64,000 nucleotides of DNA, taken from positions 32,001-96,000 of IMG/VR virus record IMGVR_UViG_3300030330_004210; one strand, 5' to 3'. The translations under genes were made by a program, and so were the position numbers. Source of the stretch: a virus (taxonomy: Duplodnaviria > Caudoviricetes). The notes beneath the pieces were generated by a model. The model saw only the letters and a program-made list of their open reading frames with translations, did not search any database and was not told the origin of the DNA. Below, piece after piece: positions 19,904-28,322 of this stretch (positions are counted from its first letter, which is position 1; each line of letters starts with the position of its first letter).

Positions 19904-20152
19904 TTAACCGTTGCTTTCGCTGTCACGCAGCTTTTTTAGAACTCTCTCACGCTGTTGGCGCTTTTTCCTACGCTTAACAGAGGGCTTTTCATAATAGCGC
20001 CTTTCTCTAAGCTCATCTAGGATGCCTGATTTTTTAAACTTTCTCAGAAATCTTTTTATTAATCTATCTGGATGCTCGTTCTTCTTTGGTGTCACAGTGA
20101 CATGCGATGGCTTGTTGCCCTTTGGCATGTACTTTCTATCTCGGTATGACAT
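19904..20152 (-). CDS. rpsU: Ribosomal protein bS21
   Basis: VTVTPKKNEHPDRLIKRFLRKFKKSGILDELRERRYYEKPSVKRRKK is the bS21 signature. Confidence 0.92.
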   Translation of the reverse strand: MSYRDRKYMPKGNKPSHVTVTPKKNEHPDRLIKRFLRKFKKSGILDELRERRYYEKPSVKRRKKRQQRERVLKKLRDSESNG

Positions 20153-20164
20153 TACACTTCCTTA

Positions 20165-20869
20165 TTAAAATCTTGCAAATCCATTTCTACTAGAGGTAAT
20201 TACGTTACCACTACCAAAGCCGCCACCGGCAGACATGCGGCTATCAGCTACCTTGTATTCAATAACAAGCTTGGGTCTCTCGGAGGCAGTTCCGTAAGTC
20301 GGACTGCGATATATAGCCCGGTTGGTGCTGGTTGGGTCCACATCTTGTACATCGTGATAAGCTCTAGCCATTAGATAAAGATCTGCTCTTCTTCTTATCT
20401 TTGCTTCTAACCAGCGAAGTAGTTTGCCGCTCTTGATAGTAAATGTAAGCTCGCCAGTCCCTGTCACATCAAAAATGTCAGAGGACACATTGGGCAAGTA
20501 ATTATCATAGTCGCGGGTATTGGGATTAAATCCAGCGCTTTTAGCGTTCAAAGCAAAAAATTTAAACTTTGTCCCATTCGTGTCTCCACCCCCTCGGTTA
20601 GAAAAAGTCAGCTTTATCTGCGCTGTTCTAAGCTTCAAGAATTGAGCTTTTTTAGGGATGTTACTCTCTGCTAAATCAAAATACATAAATCCACGACGAT
20701 TTGTGAAAGTGCCGCCTTGTTTCCTAGCCTGAAACATGCTGTCAGTTGCACCGGAATCAAAAATCGAATCTGCTTGGCTCGCTCCAATAACTGTCGTCCA
20801 GTCACTGTCTTGTTTAGTGAGGGCAGCAAAAGACGAATCGCCAGCAGGCGTGAAAGTATTAATTGGCAT
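20165..20869 (-). CDS. Putative virion protein, DNRLRE-like beta domain
   Basis: RRGFMYFDL...AQIKL...RPKLVIEY pattern. Confidence 0.45.
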   Translation of the reverse strand: MPINTFTPAGDSSFAALTKQDSDWTTVIGASQADSIFDSGATDSMFQARKQGGTFTNRRGFMYFDLAESNIPKKAQFLKLRTAQIKLTFSNRGGGDTNGTKFKFFALNAKSAGFNPNTRDYDNYLPNVSSDIFDVTGTGELTFTIKSGKLLRWLEAKIRRRADLYLMARAYHDVQDVDPTSTNRAIYRSPTYGTASERPKLVIEYKVADSRMSAGGGFGSGNVITSSRNGFARF

Positions 20870-21315
20870 CAGTCAGTTGGTCCAACGCCTTCAACATGCT
20901 CCCAACCCTCTGACAAGTGTGCAGCTTCAATCTGTGTAAGACCTGCAATAACGGTTGCCTTGCCAATAGTATTTGAAGCTCCGTTGCCATCATTCATAAG
21001 GTAGACACGCGTCACCCTGAAATCTGCGGTATAAGAGGCAGATGGCTCCAGCGTCACATAGTTGTGTGCAGGTCCCAGTCCACCAGAAGCAAACGCGAAG
21101 CGCATATCTGACATGTTTGCGTCTGAAACTGCTTCGTTGCCGTCGTGTCGAATGGTAACAAACTTGGTGACCTTTGGAAACTTAACCTCAAAAGCAAGAG
21201 CCATATTTGTTCCAGACGCTGGAACGTCACATGAAGCCGTGATAAACGGTCTTGCACTTGCCTGATAAGAACCAACGTTGTTAAAACCAACACCGTATTT
21301 TTCAAAAACTGACAT
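20869..21315 (-). CDS. Putative head decoration / virion protein
   Basis: 148 aa beta-rich, in the head module, with its own late motif and SD. Confidence 0.5.
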   Translation of the reverse strand: MSVFEKYGVGFNNVGSYQASARPFITASCDVPASGTNMALAFEVKFPKVTKFVTIRHDGNEAVSDANMSDMRFAFASGGLGPAHNYVTLEPSASYTADFRVTRVYLMNDGNGASNTIGKATVIAGLTQIEAAHLSEGWEHVEGVGPTD

Positions 21316-21344
21316 TTTTATCCTCTTCTCCTATTAATTAGTTC

Positions 21345-21752
21345 TTAGCCCATAAAAGCTTTCCATTTTTTACCGCCCAAAGCAACAATGCCTGAAATAT
21401 CTACGCCGGGATCAGATGGGTCTGTGTCGCCTAGCGGGCTCGTTAGTTCAGGCGACCTGTCAGGTGATGCGGGTGTCGTACCCTCGAACAGGTCAATACC
21501 GCCATATGCTTCCTTTCCGATTGCATCTAAGAGCTTTTGCTTGTGTTCCCTTAAAGCCTCATTCTTGCTTGGCTGCTGTTGTGCTGGCTTTGCAAACACA
21601 GGAGGTGCGACTTCTTCTTTTATAACAGTTGTGCCCATGCCTCTTACAACCTCTGACACAACAGAGGAAAGAATGCCCTCTTCGTAAAGGCACTCTTTGA
21701 TACACTCTTTAACCATTGGCTTCAAGAGCCTCTTTAACTCTGACTTCTTCAC
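21345..21752 (-). CDS. Hypothetical prohead-associated protein
   Basis: N-terminus MKKSELKRLLKPMVKECIKE with IKE-type motifs. Confidence 0.6.
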   Translation of the reverse strand: MKKSELKRLLKPMVKECIKECLYEEGILSSVVSEVVRGMGTTVIKEEVAPPVFAKPAQQQPSKNEALREHKQKLLDAIGKEAYGGIDLFEGTTPASPDRSPELTSPLGDTDPSDPGVDISGIVALGGKKWKAFMG

Positions 21753-21760
21753 GTCTGCTC

Positions 21761-23887
21761 CTACTTGATTAGTTTCTCAACAAGTTTATTAAACTTATCC
21801 TCGCTAGCATTGGAGCGAATCTCCTGAATAGCGTCCGAGTATGTCTCGGTTACACCCCCAACTACTCTAGGCGGTCTCTGTGACGCTCGACCTCTCTGTC
21901 GCTGGCGAGCTTTCTTGCCAAGGCTGGTTCTACTTCCAGAAGCGCCCTGAGTGGTTCTCTTTTTACTTTTGCTCGCCTTCTTATCGGGGCTTCCCTTTGC
22001 TGCTTCGCCAACAACAACATTATATTTTCGAAGCATCTCGATAGCCTCTTTGATGCTCAAGCCTCTCATGCCAGTGCCACCGCCGCCCTTACGAGCAATG
22101 GCTACAAATGCCTGCTCTGGGGTAAGAGGTTTATTTCCATTAGCCTTAACTGCTGCAATTGCCTTGCGTAAAACACGAGAAACAAAGTGATTAAACTTGG
22201 CTCCTCTCGCCATAGCATCCAGATCATTCTGAATCGAGCGATCAAAAACATAATAAAACACTGGCTTAGTTCTTGCCCCGCTCTTCAGCCTTCTACGACG
22301 ACCAGCGGTCCTAATAGCAGACCTCAAGTCTTTCACACGCTTGCCTCTGCCAAACTCTCTTTCAAAACTGTCGGTGTCGTCAAGATCGTTATCTTGCTCA
22401 AACAAAGCCGTGAACGCTTCGCTTTCTTGAAGATCGCGACCCATCACGGCGCTCTTCTCAAGAGCCTTGAGAGCATCCTCTGCTCTCTGCCTATTACCTT
22501 GCTTTTTAAGATAGTTAGCCTTGAGCTTGTATACCTTGACATCATCATCATCAAAACGAACCAGAACAGGAACTTCAAAATCAACAGGCGGCTCAACAGG
22601 CGGCTTCTGATTGTCATCTTCTTGGTCTGCACCTGTATCGTCCAGATAATCCAAACTTTGCAAGAGATCATTAAGAACTTGTGCTCTCGAAGATTTCAAA
22701 CCTTTCATGCGAAGCGCTTTAACGCCAACTGCTCCAGCAAGCAACGAAATGCCAAGGGGAGCCAAGTAGGGGGCAACAACTGCCCCAAACTTACCAGCAG
22801 CCGTAGTGGCTACAGCCGTCTTGGCTGCTCCGGTGGCGATTGGCTTCAGCGCTCTAATGACCACCTCTTTGCCCAGCTTTAACCCAAGCGCTCCGGGCTC
22901 GGCTCCAAACATCTCACCCAAGGTACCCGCACCCGATGAGGTTGCTGTGTTCCATGCGTCCATAAAAGCCGATGGATCACCTGAAAGTTGTGAAAGCTCG
23001 CCCGCATCTATGCCTGCCGCGCTCATTTCTTTAAACATTATTTGCGGGTCAACATCGGGGGCAAAGTGACTTGCGTCTCCATGCATGATGCGACCTAGCA
23101 TCTGTGTAATACCCTCTCCGGGTTCGGGCGACAGTTTTCCAACAACTTCTGTTTGCATGTCGTCAATTGGGAGATCACCTTGAATAACTCTAGTTGTAAT
23201 CTTCTTAAACCACTCTGACTCCACCAAGAACTTGCCGAGAATTGTAGCGGCTCCAATAGCAGCAAGTATGGCTGGCAACTTATTGGACTTGAGCCCCTTG
23301 ATAACTGCCGACTTTTTATCAGAAGCCATAGGACCCTCTTCCTTTTCGTCCTGCTGCTCTCTGATTATTGCCTCAAAGATTAAATCGTCCTGATCTCTGT
23401 CCACGTCTTCAGAGAAATGCTTATATACATCGGCTAACTCATAATCAAGAAACTTCTTAACAATCAACCGAAGCTGCTCAATTAACTCATTGGCAACAAC
23501 AGCGCTCATTTGCTTGCTCTCAACAGCTTTTTTTAAGGACTCGTAGAAAGCGCCGATCTCCATTGTCTGCTCAAGAAACTCATATTTATCCTCTTGGTTT
23601 GGATACCCAGCCTTCTTAAAATCTCCATTGAGCCTGTCGATCAGTGTTTTAGATTCTTTGGATGCTACCTTTTGCAGCTTCTGCATCGCCTGAACATACT
23701 GCTGCTCAGCGCCTTCTGCTCTCTTTTTGCGACCTCGAATCTTGCCGCCCTTTTCCCAAGTTCCAAGTGTCTTGGCAGCAAAATTCTTCATCTTGCTCCA
23801 GATGCCTTCTTGCAGCATTTGTTCACTAAGAATTGCTCTGGCTTCTTCCTCGACTATCTTCTTTAAGTTATCTTTGTTAGCTGACAT
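21761..23887 (-). CDS. Putative internal head / ejection protein with hydrophobic segments
   Basis: Likely start MSANKD at 23887 after GGGAG; clusters of [LIF]xE motifs, two hydrophobic stretches, very basic C-terminal third. Confidence 0.55.
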   Translation of the reverse strand: MSANKDNLKKIVEEEARAILSEQMLQEGIWSKMKNFAAKTLGTWEKGGKIRGRKKRAEGAEQQYVQAMQKLQKVASKESKTLIDRLNGDFKKAGYPNQEDKYEFLEQTMEIGAFYESLKKAVESKQMSAVVANELIEQLRLIVKKFLDYELADVYKHFSEDVDRDQDDLIFEAIIREQQDEKEEGPMASDKKSAVIKGLKSNKLPAILAAIGAATILGKFLVESEWFKKITTRVIQGDLPIDDMQTEVVGKLSPEPGEGITQMLGRIMHGDASHFAPDVDPQIMFKEMSAAGIDAGELSQLSGDPSAFMDAWNTATSSGAGTLGEMFGAEPGALGLKLGKEVVIRALKPIATGAAKTAVATTAAGKFGAVVAPYLAPLGISLLAGAVGVKALRMKGLKSSRAQVLNDLLQSLDYLDDTGADQEDDNQKPPVEPPVDFEVPVLVRFDDDDVKVYKLKANYLKKQGNRQRAEDALKALEKSAVMGRDLQESEAFTALFEQDNDLDDTDSFEREFGRGKRVKDLRSAIRTAGRRRRLKSGARTKPVFYYVFDRSIQNDLDAMARGAKFNHFVSRVLRKAIAAVKANGNKPLTPEQAFVAIARKGGGGTGMRGLSIKEAIEMLRKYNVVVGEAAKGSPDKKASKSKKRTTQGASGSRTSLGKKARQRQRGRASQRPPRVVGGVTETYSDAIQEIRSNASEDKFNKLVEKLIK

Positions 23888-23922
23888 ATATAAGTCTCCC
23901 AAGCCAGTGTGTTGGCTCCTAT

Positions 23923-24528
23923 TTAAAAATCGCCTATGATATCGTTTAGCTTTCTGTTAATACGATCTGCTTTTGTAAATACATTTGGCTGCTTCTTTGA
24001 CTCTTGCAGAGACATAAAAGCATTTGGTGTTGAAGGCTCCGACACAAAGTCAAAGCATATAAGTTGCAGGTCCTCTTGAACAACAGCATGCCCCCTTGAT
24101 TCATCAAGCGACCCAAGAGCCCTTGAAGAAATACCAAGCTTGCAACCGTCTTTAACGAGTGACTGTAGAATCTTTCCAGATGGCGTGTTAAGCACCTTTA
24201 CCTTGCCCATGACGGCTGGACCATCCCACCAAACGTCAGTAACCATGTGAGAAGCATTCTTAAGATTAATCACCGAATCATCTGGGTGGTCTAGCTCTCC
24301 CAGTGCTCGGTTTTCTCTAACAAGCTTTTCGTAGTTTTTCATCTCTCTTTCGAGGATCTTTTTTGGGTAGACGCGACCATTACCATTCTGGACCTCTGCC
24401 TCTTGCAGTTTTCCAGAAAGTATCATGCCGCCATTTGCCACATACCTCTTCTCATCTTCTGTTAAGAGGTCTTGACAAACGCCGCCTTCACATAGTTCAT
24501 AGTATTCTCGTAAAAGTTGTTTAGCCAT
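23923..24528 (-). CDS. gp21: Prohead core protease (gp21-like)
   Basis: NGNGRVYP, ALGELDHP, ASHMV, TPSGKI, LGISSRALGS, DFVSEPSTPNA. Confidence 0.95.
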   Translation of the reverse strand: MAKQLLREYYELCEGGVCQDLLTEDEKRYVANGGMILSGKLQEAEVQNGNGRVYPKKILEREMKNYEKLVRENRALGELDHPDDSVINLKNASHMVTDVWWDGPAVMGKVKVLNTPSGKILQSLVKDGCKLGISSRALGSLDESRGHAVVQEDLQLICFDFVSEPSTPNAFMSLQESKKQPNVFTKADRINRKLNDIIGDF

Positions 24529-24545
24529 ATTTAGTTCCTATAGAG

Positions 24546-24562
24546 CGGGCGCTACCCGCCCG
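24546..24562 (-). other. GC-rich stem-loop between the Cys-Cys peptide and the protease gene
   Basis: CGGGCG-GGTAG-CGCCCG, a perfect 6-bp stem with no U tract. Confidence 0.65.
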
Positions 24563-24564
24563 AG

Positions 24565-24639
24565 CTATGCTCCCTTGCAACAACGCGCAACAGGGCGAAG
24601 GTACCAGCTTCTCTTAGAGATAATTTTAGTGCGTGTCAT
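24565..24639 (-). CDS. 24-aa basic peptide MTRTKIISKRSWYLRPVARCCKGA (not in ORF track)
   Basis: GGAGG SD 7 nt before the ATG; overlaps the stop of the upstream gene and fills the intergenic gap. Confidence 0.6.
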   Translation of the reverse strand: MTRTKIISKRSWYLRPVARCCKGA

Positions 24640-24952
24640 TTTGTGCCTCCAGTTTTTGAATTTTAATGCCGCAATCACCAAACAACATGTTTAAGATGTA
24701 TGATGTTCCCGAACTCAAGCACCCCAAAATAAAATAATTTACAAGGGTGTGTTCAAAAGTAAATAGTTCCGTGCAATCGTTTATCCCACACAAAAACGCA
24801 CCAACCCAAAAGCCCATGCACATTGGACAATTGAATAGTTCGCCAAAGCCACCAAGCCACTCTTTTGTGGGTCTAATCTTATTAAAGATGGAGCCATAAA
24901 CAATAAGCTGCGTCATACCATACGCAGCCAAGATAAAATACAATAATTCCAT
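24626..24952 (-). CDS. Small membrane protein with CxxC (DUF1360-like)
   Basis: Three hydrophobic segments; GELFNCPMCMGFWVG matches the DUF1360-type G.L..CP.C...W pattern. Confidence 0.7.
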   Translation of the reverse strand: MELLYFILAAYGMTQLIVYGSIFNKIRPTKEWLGGFGELFNCPMCMGFWVGAFLCGINDCTELFTFEHTLVNYFILGCLSSGTSYILNMLFGDCGIKIQKLEAQNDTH

Positions 24953-24962
24953 GATTGCCTCT

Positions 24963-25520
24963 CTATAACATATAACTTAAGAAGTATGGACTAACTCTGC
25001 CATAACCGGGTCGGATACCGCCCTTCTCTGCGGCTTGAGGGACCTCTCCAAGCTCTGTTGAGTCAGCGGAGCTTGGATCTAAGAACTCGTCCTCTTCCAT
25101 CTTGTTGTATTTCTCTATGTACTCGAAGTAGGGTCTTTCATCATCTATAAAGTTAGAAACATTTAGAACAACCAAGGGCAGAAAATTATCTTGCTCTGCC
25201 CCAACAAGAAGCGCCTCCATTGACCCATAACTATTGCCGCCACGAATTGAATCCGGGTCTATGATTCCCTTCTTTCTAAGGTACTTAAAAAGTCGGTCCT
25301 GCGTGTCATATACCAAGTCGTTCTGGATTTCTTTAGGGAAAGCGACAATCTTTTTCTTTTGTGGCATAATCACCACATCAACATCATTGTGGTCAGAAAT
25401 TATTAAATTTCCATCCATCGTTTTCCTTATGTCTAACGACATAGTTATTGGTGGTGCTTTTGGCTCTTCGCTAGCCCGTGGAGCATCCTCTGCTTTACCA
25501 ATTTTAATGTTGATAGCCAT
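24963..25520 (-). CDS. Hypothetical protein (185 aa), head module
   Basis: Full ORF coupled by TAATG to the upstream gene. Confidence 0.7.
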   Translation of the reverse strand: MAINIKIGKAEDAPRASEEPKAPPITMSLDIRKTMDGNLIISDHNDVDVVIMPQKKKIVAFPKEIQNDLVYDTQDRLFKYLRKKGIIDPDSIRGGNSYGSMEALLVGAEQDNFLPLVVLNVSNFIDDERPYFEYIEKYNKMEEDEFLDPSSADSTELGEVPQAAEKGGIRPGYGRVSPYFLSYML

Positions 25521-26338
25521 TAACTATTTAACTCCAAAACCAAGTCTTGAATCTTTAGAAGGCTCTGAATCATGTTGGTATCGATCTCTTTCTTGGAGTA
25601 TGCTCTTAGCTCACTCAAGACCCTTTCAGTATTTCGCTTCATTGTGACGTCTTCTGAGATTTCACGAGTGCTAAGGCTATTTTCTACTTCCTCTTTTAGC
25701 CTTCCTATCTCTTCATTTAGATAAATCTTAAGATCTAATCCGTTATCTGAAAACGATGAGATATACTTGGATAACAACGTTTTTTGCTGCTCCGAAAGAG
25801 TGCCAGAATACTTTTCGTTAAACTTGGAGACAAATGTTTTATAAGTGAGGCTATCAATTGGTTTCATTTTGCTCTCTTCTTTAGCCTCTGGCTCGGAACT
25901 TAAGTAGTCAACGATCTTGCCTTCAAGGAGCACCCTCTCCTTAACAGGCGTATCAGAATTAAAAAGCTGTGCTAACGTTGCCAAATCTTTATAGTTTGGA
26001 ACGAAGTTTGAAAAGACTGCCTTTTTGTATTCCTGATTCATATCGCGAATAAGATCCGACTGCTCTTTGAAGACATCACCATCCAATATATACTTTCTTT
26101 GTGCCTTTACTTCAAAAATGAGTTTTTCGGCTATGATCTTGTCTAAGCTCCTTGTCTCAAGTATCGCCTTGTAAAGCTGCAACTCCTCATACAGAGCGGA
26201 GCCCTTTTTAAAGTGCTTGGCAATAATCTTTCTTGTTCTGGCTTGCGTCTTAAGATCGCCACGAACAACTGCCTTTGTCATTTCAGCAATTAAAGCCTCA
26301 AACAAAAAAGCGGTATTTCTTTTCTTATTGTGCCTCAT
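25520..26338 (-). CDS. Hypothetical protein (272 aa), portal-adjacent
   Basis: Helical protein beginning MRHNKKRNTAFLFEAL; overlaps the portal stop. Confidence 0.7.
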   Translation of the reverse strand: MRHNKKRNTAFLFEALIAEMTKAVVRGDLKTQARTRKIIAKHFKKGSALYEELQLYKAILETRSLDKIIAEKLIFEVKAQRKYILDGDVFKEQSDLIRDMNQEYKKAVFSNFVPNYKDLATLAQLFNSDTPVKERVLLEGKIVDYLSSEPEAKEESKMKPIDSLTYKTFVSKFNEKYSGTLSEQQKTLLSKYISSFSDNGLDLKIYLNEEIGRLKEEVENSLSTREISEDVTMKRNTERVLSELRAYSKKEIDTNMIQSLLKIQDLVLELNS

Positions 26339-28319
26339 CTTTTGTTTCCTTTGTCCCTAATCCCTCAATCAACTTTTCAATCTCATAGTTTGTTTGAAAT
26401 ATCATATGCTCATCAAGGATTTGCCTCTTTTCATAATTAGAGCGCTGGTCCTCCATTTGCATATTTCTTAGCTGATTCATACCAGTAGAACCAAAGCCTC
26501 CGGGGAACATTGTTCTGGTACTAGTTTCTTTTGAGATGGTGCTTCTCATGTTTCTTGTTCGTGGACCAGCATCTTTTCGCTTGTCGCGCTTAGCAGGCGT
26601 GTATCTCTTGCCCTTGGCACCGGGCGTTATATACGAGCCGTCCTCTTCAATGTCTCTCTTCGCTGGGGGCTCTGCCAAAAGAACACTACCCTCGTCACCA
26701 CCGGCTGGAGCAGTATCTGCTGCTGGTGCCGGGGTGTCACCACCGCCTCCAAGATCTGCACCACCTTCATCGCCCCCACCAAGATCGCCGAGATCTCCTA
26801 AGCCACCGCCTGCATCATCGCCGCCTGCTGGGGTGGCGGTTGCGGAAAGGCTGGCTTCAGCCTCACCGGCTGCTTCTGCGGCTGCATTGATTTGAGCATC
26901 ATACTTCTTATCATAGAAAAGTTCTCTTTGGTTTCTAACAAACTCTTCCTCTGACATGTTGAACAAGTGCTCGCATACCCAACGACGACTAAAATAGCCT
27001 TCTGTTGCATTTGCTGCAATATCAAATTTTGTCTTCCAATGTTCAAGCTCCTGAAGCTCTGCGAGCTTAGACGGGTTGTTTAGGTAAAGACTAAAGTTTA
27101 GGAGATCGTCTCCACGAAAACCAAGAGTGTATAAGTGGATAATGCCAATCTTTTCAAGCTCTGAAATGACGGCTCTTTGTAATCTCTGGATTGTTCTGGC
27201 AAATCTAATATCTTTTTGTGCGAGTGTTGTTTTGTCTTCCGTTTTTTCGTCACCCTGCGTAAGGTAAGAGGCGGGTATCTTCAGGGCAGAAAACAACTTA
27301 TCTCTTAAATACTTAACGTCATCAATATCTCCTGTGTTCTGACCACCCGCCAAGCTTTCCACCTTTGACGAAGTGTCGCCGCGAACAGGAATAAAGTAAT
27401 CTTCTTCAACGCTCATGGGGTTATACCGAAGATCAACACGACCCGTATCAGGGCTCACCAACTGATTTCTCTTCATAGATGTCATAACTTTCTGCATGTA
27501 TTGTTCGACATCGGTTGGCGGGATATTACCAACATCAACGTAGAAGACTCTTCTTTCTGGAGCGCGGACGACCCGGTAAGCCATCATGGCGTCTTCCATC
27601 AAAATAAGTTGACGCCAGATACGACGAGCCGCTTCAAGGACTGAAGTTCCGTAAGGAGTATACTTATCGTTGCCTAAAATTCTAAAGTGACCAACTTGCC
27701 AATTCTCAAACGTCATAGCGGCTGAGTTCCACTGGAACTGCACATAGTTTGGATTGGTTTTATCTTCGCCCTCTAGCCTTTCAACCTCGGCAGATGGCAA
27801 CCCAATGACTGTCTTGATGCCTATCTTTTCGTCTATATCAAGGTATAAAAAGAAGTCACCATACTTGCACATTGTACGACACCAGCCAAAAAGGTTGTAC
27901 TCAATGTTTAGAATGTTCTGGTATAGAGTCGATAACACAGCCTTTATTTCGGCATTGGGACACTTAATTGTAAGCATCGGCTGAAGAGATGAATGCGTGG
28001 TCATCTCATCAGCATAGATATCTAGCGCAGAAGCGATCTCTGGCGTGTACTCCATCTGATCAAAGTCGGTGTACCTTTCTGACCTTCTCTGGTTTGCCAT
28101 TGCCGAACTGTTGATCTGGGCAAATGGATTATATCCCGACCTTTTGAACTGTTGACCAGAAGCGCTCTTAAATTTAGTAGAAAAATAATCTAACTGGGAC
28201 CGCTTATAATCTCTCGTCATCTGCGAGCGATAGTTTGTAATTGGTCCAGAGAAGAGGCGAGTCAATCTCCTAAAAAGTGTTGACTCTGCGTTTCTTGGAT
28301 TTCTTGTCTGGTCAGCCAT
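26325..28319 (-). CDS. gp20: Portal protein (gp20-like)
   Basis: LMEDAMMAYRVVRAPERRVFYVDVGNIP, EDYFIP, DIDDVKY, ALKIP. Confidence 0.95.
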   Translation of the reverse strand: MADQTRNPRNAESTLFRRLTRLFSGPITNYRSQMTRDYKRSQLDYFSTKFKSASGQQFKRSGYNPFAQINSSAMANQRRSERYTDFDQMEYTPEIASALDIYADEMTTHSSLQPMLTIKCPNAEIKAVLSTLYQNILNIEYNLFGWCRTMCKYGDFFLYLDIDEKIGIKTVIGLPSAEVERLEGEDKTNPNYVQFQWNSAAMTFENWQVGHFRILGNDKYTPYGTSVLEAARRIWRQLILMEDAMMAYRVVRAPERRVFYVDVGNIPPTDVEQYMQKVMTSMKRNQLVSPDTGRVDLRYNPMSVEEDYFIPVRGDTSSKVESLAGGQNTGDIDDVKYLRDKLFSALKIPASYLTQGDEKTEDKTTLAQKDIRFARTIQRLQRAVISELEKIGIIHLYTLGFRGDDLLNFSLYLNNPSKLAELQELEHWKTKFDIAANATEGYFSRRWVCEHLFNMSEEEFVRNQRELFYDKKYDAQINAAAEAAGEAEASLSATATPAGGDDAGGGLGDLGDLGGGDEGGADLGGGGDTPAPAADTAPAGGDEGSVLLAEPPAKRDIEEDGSYITPGAKGKRYTPAKRDKRKDAGPRTRNMRSTISKETSTRTMFPGGFGSTGMNQLRNMQMEDQRSNYEKRQILDEHMIFQTNYEIEKLIEGLGTKETKDEAQ

Positions 28320-28322
28320 TTA

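Noticed and set aside
24546-24567. Terminator or pyrrolysine read-through at the peptide's TAG
   Set aside because: There is no U tract after the stem, and read-through would meet another TAG within eight codons.
26640-26890. GC-rich repetitive tract as a mobile element or repeat array
   Set aside because: It is explained by the Gly/Asp/Ala linker codons of the portal.
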